64,000 nucleotides of DNA, from the NCBI GenBank assembly GCA_031431875.1, contig JANPEF010000061.1:1-64000 (forward strand), given 5' to 3'. Of this stretch, positions 40,995 to 50,215 are shown one piece after another; within the stretch, counting starts at the first letter, position 1; each line of letters starts with the position of its first letter. The position numbers were made by a program, and so were the translations under genes. This stretch comes from Candidatus Eiseniibacteriota bacterium. GTDB taxonomy: Bacteria; Eisenbacteria; RBG-16-71-46; DASYSL01. Below the pieces are notes generated by a model. That model worked only from the letters and a program-made list of their open reading frames with translations. It was not told where the DNA came from and made no database searches.

Positions 40995-41034
40995 CTCCGA
41001 GTCGAGGCGTCGTCCACGGGAGGTCGGGATGGGA

Positions 41035-43722
41035 ATGACGCATTGCGTTCGTCGTCATCAATCGTACGTCGCAGTCGCGATCGCCGCGGGTTCGCTCGCG
41101 TGGGCCGCGCTCGGCGGGGCGGTCGCAGCGGTGGGCGCACCGGCTGCGGCGCCCGTCGACTCGGCCGGGACGGTGGGCAGCCGACTGGGCCGCGCTGTCG
41201 TGCCGCTGTCGCAGAAGGTCGAACTCCGCCTCGACCCCGCGTCCCCGGACTACAGCGGCTCGACCACGATCTCGATCGAGGCAGCCGCGCCGTTCCGTTC
41301 GCTGCGCGTGCACGCGAGGGAGCTGTCGGTCGAGACGATCCTGCTCGCGGGCGGCCTCGTGCACGTCGCGCCGAAGTGGGCCAGCGAGACGGACGGGACG
41401 ATCCGTATCACCTTCAGCGAGCCCGTGCCGGCGGGGATCTACCTGCTCACGCTGCGCTTCCGCAACGACTTCAACACGCAGGCCACGAGCCTGTACCGCC
41501 TCAAGGCCGGCGACGACTGGTACTGCTTCACGCAGTTCGAGGCGACCGACGCGCGCGAGGCCTTCCCGTGCTTCGACGAGCCCGAGTTCAAGATCCCGTG
41601 GGACCTCGAGCTGACCATTCCGGGCGGGCACAGCGCGGTCGCGAACACGCCGATCGTCTCGAGCGCCCCGGCCGGCGACGGTTGGACGAAACACGTGTTC
41701 AAGCGCTCGAAGCCCATGCCGACCTACATCCTGGCGATCGCCACCGGGCCGCTCGAGATGACGCCGATCGAGGGCATGTCGATTCCGGGCAACGTTGTGA
41801 CGGTGAAGGGGCAGGCGACGCTCACCGCCGAGGCGAGGCGCGTCGCGCCGCCGATCCTCGCCGCGCTCGAGGCCTACTTCGGGCGCCCGTATCCCTACGA
41901 GAAGCTCGACCTGCTCGCGGTGCCCGAGTTCTGGCCCGGCGCCATGGAGAACGCGGGCGCGATCACGTTCGCCGATGGCGTGCTGCTGCTCGATGACAAG
42001 ACGGCGACCGTCTCGATGCGGCGCTCGCTGGCGTCGATCACGGCGCACGAGCTCGCGCACATGTGGTTCGGTGACCTGGTGACGATGAAGTGGTGGGACG
42101 ACCTGTGGCTCAACGAGTCGTTCGCCTCGTGGCTGGGCGAGAAGGTGACCCACGGCGTGTACCCGGAGTTCGGGATCGAGGACCGCCTCGTGCTCGACGC
42201 GGACGAAGCGATGCTGGTCGACGGTCGACTGAGCACGCGCGCGGTCCGCCAGCCCGTCAAGAGCCTCGACAATCTCCTGCAGTCGGCCGATGCCCTTGCA
42301 TACCAAAAGGGACAGACGGTCCTCGGCATGTTCGAGCAGTGGCTGGGCCCCGACGTGTTCCGGGCCGGCGTGCGCGACTACATCTCTCGCCATGCGTGGG
42401 GGAACGCCGTGGCGGACGACCTGTGGTCGGCGCTGTCGCGCTCGGCGAAGAAGGACGTGGGTGGCTCGATGGGCACGTTCCTCAACCAGCCCGGGCTCGC
42501 GCTCGTCGGGGCCGAGCCGCTGCCGGGCGGCCGGGTGCGCCTCACGCAGTCGCGCTTCCTGCCGGCCGGAACGGTCGCGCCGACACCCCAGCGCTGGTCG
42601 ATCCCGGTCACGCTCAAGTATGGCGGGGCGAGCGGGGCGGCGAAGACGAAGAGCGTGCTGCTCTCCGCGCCGACGCAGGTCGTCACGCTCGAGCCGGGGG
42701 TGAAGTGGGTGTACCCGAACGGGCGCGCCTGGGGCTACTACCGCTGGAAGATGCCCGACGCCTCGATCACCGCGCTGGTCGAGCGGGCCAGCACCTCCCT
42801 CGAGTTGCGCGAGCGCATGGAGCTGACCACCAATGCAGCGGCCTTGCTCGACGCCGGTGCGATGCCTGGCGACACCTACCTGCGCCTGCTCGAGAAGCTG
42901 GCCGCAGACGAGGAGCCCGCCGTGGTCGGCGCGGTGCTCGACGGGATGGAGAAGGTGAAGCAGACGTTCATCACGCCCGAGGTCGAGCCCGCCTATGCCG
43001 CGTACGTCCAGCGCGCGCTCGCGCCGGCGGTGGATCGCTTCGGCCTGACGAGGCAAGCGGGCGAGCAGGAGTCGGTGTCGTTCATCCGCGGGCGCCTGCT
43101 CGGCATGCTCGCCGACGAGGGTCGCGACCCCCGCGCGCGCGCCTACGCCGACTCGCTGGCGCAGGCGTACCTGGCCGACGTGACGAGCGTCGATCCGTCG
43201 CTTGCGTTCACGTCGCTGCAGGTCGCCGCCATGGACGGGGATCCCGCGCTGTGGGAGACCTATCGCACGCGCTTCGAGTCGGCGCCGAACCCCGGCGAGC
43301 GGCGCAACTTCCTTGCGGCGCTGGGCTCGTTCCGCTCCCCGCCGCTGCGCCAGAAGTCACTCGACTACGCGCTCGCCGGCCCGCTCCGGCCGCAGGAGGT
43401 GCTGGCCGTCCCGCGCGCCATGGGCGGCGCCTCCGAGGAGGGCCGGGAAGCGCAGTTCCAGTGGGCGATGCAGAACTACGATGCGATCATGAAGCGCGTG
43501 CCACCCATGTTCGCAGTGTTCATGCCGTTCGTCGGATCCGGCTGTTCCGGCGACCGGCTCACGGCGACGCAGTCGTTCTTCGCCGATCCGGCGCACGCGC
43601 CTCCGGGCACCGAGAAGGAACTGGCAAAGGTGACCGAAACGGTCGAGGACTGCATGAAGCTGCGGGCGCGCGAAGGTCCGCGCGTGCGCGAGTTCCTGCA
43701 GCGAGGTCCGGTTGCGAACTAG
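41035..43722 (+). CDS. M1 family zinc aminopeptidase with ERAP1-like C-terminal domain
   Basis: TQFE..DAR.AFPCFDEP, GAMEN, HELAH..WLNE. Confidence 0.93.
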   Translation: MTHCVRRHQSYVAVAIAAGSLAWAALGGAVAAVGAPAAAPVDSAGTVGSRLGRAVVPLSQKVELRLDPASPDYSGSTTISIEAAAPFRSLRVHARELSVETILLAGGLVHVAPKWASETDGTIRITFSEPVPAGIYLLTLRFRNDFNTQATSLYRLKAGDDWYCFTQFEATDAREAFPCFDEPEFKIPWDLELTIPGGHSAVANTPIVSSAPAGDGWTKHVFKRSKPMPTYILAIATGPLEMTPIEGMSIPGNVVTVKGQATLTAEARRVAPPILAALEAYFGRPYPYEKLDLLAVPEFWPGAMENAGAITFADGVLLLDDKTATVSMRRSLASITAHELAHMWFGDLVTMKWWDDLWLNESFASWLGEKVTHGVYPEFGIEDRLVLDADEAMLVDGRLSTRAVRQPVKSLDNLLQSADALAYQKGQTVLGMFEQWLGPDVFRAGVRDYISRHAWGNAVADDLWSALSRSAKKDVGGSMGTFLNQPGLALVGAEPLPGGRVRLTQSRFLPAGTVAPTPQRWSIPVTLKYGGASGAAKTKSVLLSAPTQVVTLEPGVKWVYPNGRAWGYYRWKMPDASITALVERASTSLELRERMELTTNAAALLDAGAMPGDTYLRLLEKLAADEEPAVVGAVLDGMEKVKQTFITPEVEPAYAAYVQRALAPAVDRFGLTRQAGEQESVSFIRGRLLGMLADEGRDPRARAYADSLAQAYLADVTSVDPSLAFTSLQVAAMDGDPALWETYRTRFESAPNPGERRNFLAALGSFRSPPLRQKSLDYALAGPLRPQEVLAVPRAMGGASEEGREAQFQWAMQNYDAIMKRVPPMFAVFMPFVGSGCSGDRLTATQSFFADPAHAPPGTEKELAKVTETVEDCMKLRAREGPRVREFLQRGPVAN

Positions 43723-44486
43723 CGGTAGCCAGCCTTGATGCGGCCCCACGTCGCCGGAACGGCCGGCGTGGGTGTCTCGTAGGTGATGGTGAGCGCGGGG
43801 CGGAGTGTGGGATCCGTCGATTCGCGGGAGTCGAACTTCTTGACCGTCTGCGCTATCGCCTCGTTGCCGCGCAGCAGCCAGCCGTGGTTGCTCGCAGGCT
43901 CGTCGAGCCACGCCTGCACGTCGGCGACCAGCCCGGGATTCGACGTCCACACGTAGGTTCCCGTTGCGTCGACCGCCAGCGTCGCGCTCGCCGCCGCCGC
44001 GAAGTCGCCCCCGGCCGCGGCCCAGAGGGATCCCGGGAAGAAGGTGTGCTTCCACGTTGCGTCGCCGGCCTGTGCCGGCGCGCCGCTGCCACCGGCGATC
44101 CCGGCGTCCGAGGCGCCCTCACCCCAGGCGGCGCTCGCGCGGTGCAACCCAACGTTCGCGGCTCCGGCACTCGTCTGGCTCATGATCAACTCAAGATCGA
44201 CCGACAGGATCGTCGCGCCGTCGGGAATCGCCGCGGCCACGTTGAACCACAGCAACCCGCGGCGGATGCTGTTCGTGGCCTGGTTGTTGCGGCCGGCGAA
44301 AAAGCTGGTGCCCGCGCCGTTGCTGAGGGATCCAGTAGCGCTCTCGTAGAGCGTATTGTCTTTCGCCGCGCCGATGACCAGCGTCGTGCCGGCCCGCGCA
44401 CCCGGAGCGGGAACGAGCAGGGCGACGAGGACGGCGACCAGCCGGGCCGCGGATCGGCCGCCGCGATGGGCGTGGAACGGGTTCAC
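43719..44486 (-). CDS. Secreted DNRLRE-like domain protein with C-terminal TWGxxKxxYR motif
   Basis: GAGGAG RBS, GTG start, signal peptide; KDNTLYE, RRGLLWF, FDSRE..RPAL; ends PATWGRIKAGYR*. Confidence 0.8.
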   Translation of the reverse strand: MNPFHAHRGGRSAARLVAVLVALLVPAPGARAGTTLVIGAAKDNTLYESATGSLSNGAGTSFFAGRNNQATNSIRRGLLWFNVAAAIPDGATILSVDLELIMSQTSAGAANVGLHRASAAWGEGASDAGIAGGSGAPAQAGDATWKHTFFPGSLWAAAGGDFAAAASATLAVDATGTYVWTSNPGLVADVQAWLDEPASNHGWLLRGNEAIAQTVKKFDSRESTDPTLRPALTITYETPTPAVPATWGRIKAGYR

Positions 44487-44652
44487 GAAATTCTCCTCGA
44501 ATGGGGTCGCCGGCGACCGATCGGCAGGGGAAGGGCCGACGACGAGTATACAACGCCCCCCCTTGCGCCCGCACCTGTGGGCGGGGAGAATGCGGCGTCC
44601 GGCCGTAGGGCTCGCCGTCCGATCATCCACCCTCCAGCTGTTCTGGGGACCC

Positions 44653-46749
44653 ATGCGCGAAGAAGACCTGCTCCGCCTCGTCTGGATCACCGATCCGCAG
44701 ATCGCACCCGCGGGGGATCGCATCGTGTTCGTGCGCGTCATCGTCGACGAGGCGAACGATCGCTACGCGACCTCCCTGTGGATCGCTGATGCCGCCCTTG
44801 GCCGGCCGCGGCCGCTCACCTTCGGGCCCGGCGATGCACAGCCCCGCTGGTCGCCCGACGGCACGCGCCTCGCGTTCGTGCGCTCGCCCGAGCCCGGCCA
44901 GCCCGCACAGCTGTGGGTGATGCCCATGCGCGGCGGCGGCGAGGCCGTGCGGTTGACCGACCTGGTGAAGGGCGCGGGATCCCCGGCATGGTCGCCCGAC
45001 GGCATGCAGATCGCGTTCACCAGCGGCACGAACCCCGAGCTCGACACGCCCGACGCGGAGGCGAAGAAGCCGAAGAACGCCCCCGGGCGGATCGTCGCGC
45101 GGCCCATGGTGAAGCTCGACAACGTGGGTGCGCTCGATCCCGAACACCAGGACCACGTGTGGGTGGTGGCACTCGCCGTCGACGGCGCCGCCGCTGGAGC
45201 GCCGCGCATGCTGACCTGCGGCCGCTTCAACGAGGACGCGCCCGAGTGGTCGCCCGACGGCGCGGGCGTCTGCTTCGTGAGCGATCGCCGGCTCGCACCG
45301 TGGTATGGCCTCGATGATGCGGACGTGTGGTCCGTCGCGGCCGACCGCACGGTCCCGACCGAGAGCGAGGTCACGCTCGTTGCAGACGTGGCGGGCACCA
45401 TCGGCCGCTTCACGCTGGGCGCTGACGGTCGCGTGCTCGCGGTGGGGATGCTGACGCAGGAACCGCCTCGCTCCTACGACCAGCCCGACGTGTTCGTGTG
45501 CGCGCCGCCGTTCCCGCAGCCCACGCCGCACGGGCTCACCCAGGCATACGAGTTCGAGGCGGGGGACTCGTCGATCTCCTCCGACCAGCACCCGCCCCGG
45601 GCGGGCGGCAGCGTTCCGCTGGCGTTCATCGAGGGTGGGGCCGCCGTGCTCACGGTGGTGGGGCGGCACGGCGCGTGCATCCTGGCGCGCATCGGCGCCG
45701 ACGGTTCGGTGACCGAGCTCACGCCCGCCGATCGCGAGATCGTCTCGGGCACCGTGTCGGCCGACGGGAAGTGCGCCGCGGTGATCGTCGGCTCACCGTC
45801 CCGGCCCGGGGTGCTTTGCGCCTGCGACGTGGCGAGCGGCGCGCTGACGCCGTTGTACGACCCGAACGAGGCACTGTTCACCGAATCGAAGCTGGGGAAG
45901 GTCGAGGAGGTCTGGTACCCGTCGTTCGACGGGCAGAAGGTCCAGGGCTGGGTGGTGACGCCGCCCGGGTTCGATCCCGCGCAGAAGTATCCGCTCGTGC
46001 TGCAGATCCACGGCGGTCCGCACGTGGCGTACGGCGTCGGCTTCTTCCACGAATTCCAGGTGCTCGCCGAGGCCGGCTATGTCGTCCTCTACGTGAACCC
46101 GCGTGGCTCGACGACGTACGGGCAGGAGTTCGGCAACGTGATCCAGTTCGAGTATCCAGGCGACGACTGGAAGGACCTGATGGCCGGCGTCGACCTGCTG
46201 GTCGGCCGCGGCTTCATCGACGCGACGCGGATGGGCGTCACCGGCGGATCGGGCGGGGGGCTCCTGACCAACTGGACGGTGGTGAACACCGATCGCTTCG
46301 CCTGCGCGATCACGCAGCGCTGCGTCGCCGACTGGACGTCGTTCTGGTACGGGGCCGATTTCGCGCAGTTGACGAACTTCTGGTTCCGCGGCGCGCCCCA
46401 CGAGGATCCGGCCGACTATGCGCGCCGCTCACCGCTGACGCACGCGGCCCGGGCGAAGACGCCGCTGCTCGTCGTCCACAGCGAGGACGACTGGCGGACG
46501 CCGATCGTTCAGGGGGAGGGGATGTTTCGCGCCATGCTTGCCCAGCGCGTGCCCACGGCGATGATCCGCTTCCCGGGCGAGGGCCACGAGCTGTCGCGGA
46601 GCGGCGCGCCGTCGCGGCGGGTGCAGAACCAGCGCGTGATGCGCCGCTGGTTCGATCGCTGGCTCCAGGGCAAGGACGCGCCCGAGTTCGACGATCCGCT
46701 GGCCGCGGCACCGGCGCCGCTTCCGGCAGGGGCCCGCGCGAAGGGCTAG
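44653..46749 (+). CDS. S9 family peptidase
   Basis: WSPDG repeats, KYPLVLQIHGGP, NPRGSTTYG, GGSGGG, HSEDDWR, GEGHELSRSG. Confidence 0.92.
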   Translation: MREEDLLRLVWITDPQIAPAGDRIVFVRVIVDEANDRYATSLWIADAALGRPRPLTFGPGDAQPRWSPDGTRLAFVRSPEPGQPAQLWVMPMRGGGEAVRLTDLVKGAGSPAWSPDGMQIAFTSGTNPELDTPDAEAKKPKNAPGRIVARPMVKLDNVGALDPEHQDHVWVVALAVDGAAAGAPRMLTCGRFNEDAPEWSPDGAGVCFVSDRRLAPWYGLDDADVWSVAADRTVPTESEVTLVADVAGTIGRFTLGADGRVLAVGMLTQEPPRSYDQPDVFVCAPPFPQPTPHGLTQAYEFEAGDSSISSDQHPPRAGGSVPLAFIEGGAAVLTVVGRHGACILARIGADGSVTELTPADREIVSGTVSADGKCAAVIVGSPSRPGVLCACDVASGALTPLYDPNEALFTESKLGKVEEVWYPSFDGQKVQGWVVTPPGFDPAQKYPLVLQIHGGPHVAYGVGFFHEFQVLAEAGYVVLYVNPRGSTTYGQEFGNVIQFEYPGDDWKDLMAGVDLLVGRGFIDATRMGVTGGSGGGLLTNWTVVNTDRFACAITQRCVADWTSFWYGADFAQLTNFWFRGAPHEDPADYARRSPLTHAARAKTPLLVVHSEDDWRTPIVQGEGMFRAMLAQRVPTAMIRFPGEGHELSRSGAPSRRVQNQRVMRRWFDRWLQGKDAPEFDDPLAAAPAPLPAGARAKG

Positions 46750-46755
46750 AGGCCG

Positions 46756-47748
46756 CTAGGCAGCGCGGCGGGCGGGCGTCTCGACGCAGTTGCCGCCGTG
46801 CTGCCGCGCATCGCGCAGCACGCGCTCGGTCACCGCCCACAAGGTCTCGAGATCCACGCCGTCGCCCGGGAACGTGGCGACGCCGAACGTTGCCGACACG
46901 GCGCCCGCGGCGTGCGGTGCGAAGGCGTGGGTGGTGAGCGCGCTGCGCATGCGTGCGGCCACTTCGACCGCACCCTCGCGGCCGGTCTGCGGGAGCACGA
47001 CCGCCGTCAGGCCGCCCGTGCAGCGGCCGACCAGGTCGATGTCGCGCACGTGCGATCCCAGGAGTTCCGCGACGTCCGCCAGAGTGCCCGCCGGCCAGGA
47101 TTCGTCGCCGGCATCCGCCGCCGGATCGACCGCGACGAGGATCAGCGACAACTCCTGCCCGTGACGATGGGCTCGCCGGATCTCCTTCTTGAGCGCGGCG
47201 CGCAGTGTGCGCTCGCCCACGGCATCCCCGTCGTCGGCCCTGGGTACACGTGCGGCGAGGCGGCGGCGTTCGAGCGCGGCGCCGAGCCACGCGGCGAGGA
47301 GGAGCATCGACTGCATCTCGCCTGCGGTGAAGCGGGCGCGGCCGCGACGGCGATGGACGGCGAGGTACGAAGGCTCGTGATCGGCCCGCGCGATCGGCAC
47401 GAACAGCACGGGCCCGGCCTCGACGCCCGGGCAGCCGTCGCCCTCGGCATAGGCCGGTTGTTCGGACAGGTCGGCGAAGCTGATCGTCCGGGGTTCGGCC
47501 GCGAGGGCGCGCAGCGCCTCGCTGCCCTCCGGCGCGAGCGGCAGCACGGCCGGCAGGTCGCCGCCCGCGTGCAGAACCAGGCGCTCGGTCGGACGGCGCG
47601 ACGACACGAGGACGACCGCGGCCGCATCGGCGTCGACGAGGGCGCCCGCGGTGCGCAGGGCGCGCGCGAGCAACTGCCCGCGCGTTCCGGGTGACGCCGG
47701 GTTCTCGAGTGCGAGCAGCAGTTCGTGGATCCGGTCGGCCTGGGCCAT
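46756..47748 (-). CDS. GAF plus degenerate GGDEF-domain protein
   Basis: GGAGG RBS; GAF-like N-terminus; EIRRAHR..LSLILV, RDIDLVGRCTGG in place of GGDEF, SATFGVATFP. Confidence 0.8.
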   Translation of the reverse strand: MAQADRIHELLLALENPASPGTRGQLLARALRTAGALVDADAAAVVLVSSRRPTERLVLHAGGDLPAVLPLAPEGSEALRALAAEPRTISFADLSEQPAYAEGDGCPGVEAGPVLFVPIARADHEPSYLAVHRRRGRARFTAGEMQSMLLLAAWLGAALERRRLAARVPRADDGDAVGERTLRAALKKEIRRAHRHGQELSLILVAVDPAADAGDESWPAGTLADVAELLGSHVRDIDLVGRCTGGLTAVVLPQTGREGAVEVAARMRSALTTHAFAPHAAGAVSATFGVATFPGDGVDLETLWAVTERVLRDARQHGGNCVETPARRAA

Positions 47749-47798
47749 TGCCCTTCCTCCTTGGCGACGCCGGACGGTCGGCGTCGAGGCAAGGAAGT

Positions 47799-47814
47799 GC
47801 AACCGCCATGCCAG
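47799..47814 (-). promoter_or_regulatory. Putative sigma54 (-24/-12) promoter
   Basis: Minus strand CTGGCATG-GCGG-TTGC, about 50 bp upstream of ATG 47748. Confidence 0.65.
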
Positions 47815-47949
47815 CGAGGTCAGGTCGGGCACCGAACGCGCAGTGTGTTGTCCCGGTGTGCATTGCGCTTGTCGCTTGCGATGTCAGGTGAGCCTGGCGG
47901 CTTTGCCACCAGGACAGGTGGCGTCGATTTGGCCACCCGGGGTGGGCGA

Positions 47950-47978
47950 TTGACACCCGGTGCGGATGCTCCTATGCT
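47950..47978 (+). promoter_or_regulatory. Putative sigma70 promoter
   Basis: TTGACA-N17-TATGCT upstream of the CDS at 48088. Confidence 0.7.
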
Positions 47979-48087
47979 CCTTGGGCTCGCCGATTCGAGC
48001 CCCCCACGAGCATCGTTCGCAGCACCGGGACTTCGGCCCGGTCCCCTGCCCCAGCCAGCAAACTCACGGTTCCGTGGAGGCAGTCCC

Positions 48088-48798
48088 ATGAAGCGCTTGT
48101 CATTCCTGTCCGCGTTTGCCCTCTTGGCCGCGCCCGCCCTTGCCTTCGCCGCTCCGAATGCCGGCACCTACCAGACCACCGACCTCGGCGGCCAGCTCCT
48201 CACCGGGCGCGCCTCGTCGCACCGGACGGGGATCAACTCCGGCCTGCCGCATGTCCTGCACTCGCAGTCGTGGAACGGCTCGACGCTCGGCACGCAGTGG
48301 GAGTTGCGCTGCGCGGTCGAGAACGCCGCGTTCGGCATCCAGGACAACCGCGTCAACGGCACCGGCACCATCGTCTACAGCTCGACCTACACCGGCGGCC
48401 AGTTCGAGCTGTACAACACCGGCGGCGCCTGGGGTGACGGCGTGGCCGCGCTCGGAACGACGAGCATCATCTCGACCGTGCAGTTCGTGAACATCAACAA
48501 CGTCTCGACGCCGGTCGCGTCGGTCGTCAATGCCAACACCTCGGGTGACTTCGGCGGCGGCTGCGTCCTCACCTTCGCGATCGCGAATGGCGTCGGCGTG
48601 GGCGAGACGACGAGCCTCGACGTTTCGATCCAGAAGCCGGCCGACTACCCGACGTTCCTCGCCGCCAACTGCGGCCTCGCCTTGCCCAACGAGCAGTTCG
48701 GCACGTGGGGCACCATGATCACCGGGACGCTGCGCATCGATTGCTCGGTCGACGCAACGACTTCGACCTGGGGCGCGGTGAAGAACATCTATCGCTGA
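48088..48798 (+). CDS. Secreted hypothetical protein with C-terminal TWGxxKxxYR motif
   Basis: GGAGG RBS; signal peptide MKRLSFLSAFALLAAPALAFA; ends TSTWGAVKNIYR*; the stop is completed by the IS end. Confidence 0.88.
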   Translation: MKRLSFLSAFALLAAPALAFAAPNAGTYQTTDLGGQLLTGRASSHRTGINSGLPHVLHSQSWNGSTLGTQWELRCAVENAAFGIQDNRVNGTGTIVYSSTYTGGQFELYNTGGAWGDGVAALGTTSIISTVQFVNINNVSTPVASVVNANTSGDFGGGCVLTFAIANGVGVGETTSLDVSIQKPADYPTFLAANCGLALPNEQFGTWGTMITGTLRIDCSVDATTSTWGAVKNIYR

Positions 48799-48831
48799 TA
48801 TGGCATGACCTCTTGTCAAGCTGGTCCACAC

Positions 48832-48857
48832 GCGACCACCGCTCCGGCGGTGGTCGC
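48832..48857. terminator. Perfect 11-bp hairpin in the IS right end
   Basis: gcgaccaccgc-tccg-gcggtggtcgc. Confidence 0.5.
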
Positions 48858-48873
48858 TGTGTTTTGGGGAGAT

Positions 48874-49095
48874 GAGCTTCTGGAAGGACGGACGCGGAAG
48901 TCGCCGACGGCGTGTCACTCTGATATCCGCGGGTTGCCTCGAAGGATCGGGGCCGAGCCGCATGACCGTAGTTCGTCGGGAGGTACCGCAGTCTAGCATC
49001 GTGAGTCGGTGGCTCCGGTGAACCGGAGTCCCGTCGCGTAGCGATATCGCGGGTTATCTCACGCATCATCCCCTCGTCCGTCCATCCTGAAGCTC
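48874..49095 (-). ncRNA. Putative bridge RNA / seekRNA of the IS110 element
   Basis: Closing stems gagcttc/gaagctc and ggacggacg/cgtccgtcc; two AACCCGCG motifs; segments matching the reconstructed target (TATCGCTA, CTAG) and donor junction (TACGGTC approximately TAGGGTC; ATATCAG). Confidence 0.75.
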
Positions 49096-50215
49096 AGCCT
49101 TGGGCCTTCGCGGCTTCCGGCCGGGCCAGTGCGGCCCAGAGGAAGCCGGCGAGCTCGCGAGCAATCGCGATGACGATCTTGTTGCGGTGCTTGCCTCGAG
49201 CCTCCATCTGCCGGAATCGACGACAGAGCCGCTTCTGGGCCCGATCGGCCAGGGCAATCATGGCCGGCGGCTGGCCAAGCCGCCGGTTCGCCAGGTCCTT
49301 GCTGACCCGAGCCTTGTGGCGGTAGTTCCAGGAGCCTTCGATCAGAGTGCGGCGCACGTGCTGGTTGCCGGCGCGCGTGATCCCGCCGCGGCGATGATGA
49401 TCTCCACTGCTGGCTTCCGAGGGCACGAGCCCGAGAAAGGCCATGAGCGAAGGAGCAGACGGAAACCTCCGAACGTCATGAAGCTCCGACAGCAAGATCA
49501 TGGCGTTCACCGTGTCGATCCCGCGAAAGCAGCGGAGCCAACCGACTCGTTCGCGCCACGGCTCTCCCTGGGAGATCGCCAGGAGCTCGACATCGAGCGC
49601 GGAGCGCTGGGCCTCACGCTGCTCGACCGTGAGCAGGTAGTCCTCGAAGACGATCCGCTCGGAAGGGCGTTCGAACACCAGGCTCGTGAGCCAGGTCCGA
49701 TGGGCCTGAGACCACGAGTGTGCTTGCCCCGTGCCGAAGACCAGCCCGTGCCGCAACAGGAAGTGCGTGAGGCGGTGACGCGCCCGCGTGAGATCGACGC
49801 GCGCATCGTCGCGGCAGCGGCACAGATCCCGTACCGCCTCCTCGTCAACGCTCGGAGGATGGACTTCGGTCAGAAGCCCTGCGCGAAACAGCTCGGCCAG
49901 CTTGCGCGCATCCCTGCGATCGGTCTTGATGCGATCGCCCGGCCGAAGCGGCGTCAGGGACGGCGCGATCACCGTGCACTCGCAGCCCTGAGCGATCAGA
50001 TCACGCTGAAGCACGTAACCGCAGGGTCCTGCTTCGTAACAGCAACGAACCGGTCCCTGCGCCTGGGCCTTGATGCGCTGGACCAACTTGCGGACTTGGG
50101 CCGCCTGGTTCGCGATCTGCCCATTCCACGGCTCCCGATCCTGGGGCTTGAGTACGCAAAACGAGATCGTGTTGCGATGGACATCCAGACCGACGATGGT
50201 GCTAGGCTCTTGCAC
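49094..50215 (-). CDS. IS110-family transposase/recombinase
   Basis: GLDVH, YEAGPCG, KTDRRDA (DEDD); GLVPSEASSG with the conserved Ser; GITRAGN, IAIARELA; GGGAG RBS before GTG. Confidence 0.95.
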   Translation of the reverse strand: MQEPSTIVGLDVHRNTISFCVLKPQDREPWNGQIANQAAQVRKLVQRIKAQAQGPVRCCYEAGPCGYVLQRDLIAQGCECTVIAPSLTPLRPGDRIKTDRRDARKLAELFRAGLLTEVHPPSVDEEAVRDLCRCRDDARVDLTRARHRLTHFLLRHGLVFGTGQAHSWSQAHRTWLTSLVFERPSERIVFEDYLLTVEQREAQRSALDVELLAISQGEPWRERVGWLRCFRGIDTVNAMILLSELHDVRRFPSAPSLMAFLGLVPSEASSGDHHRRGGITRAGNQHVRRTLIEGSWNYRHKARVSKDLANRRLGQPPAMIALADRAQKRLCRRFRQMEARGKHRNKIVIAIARELAGFLWAALARPEAAKAQG

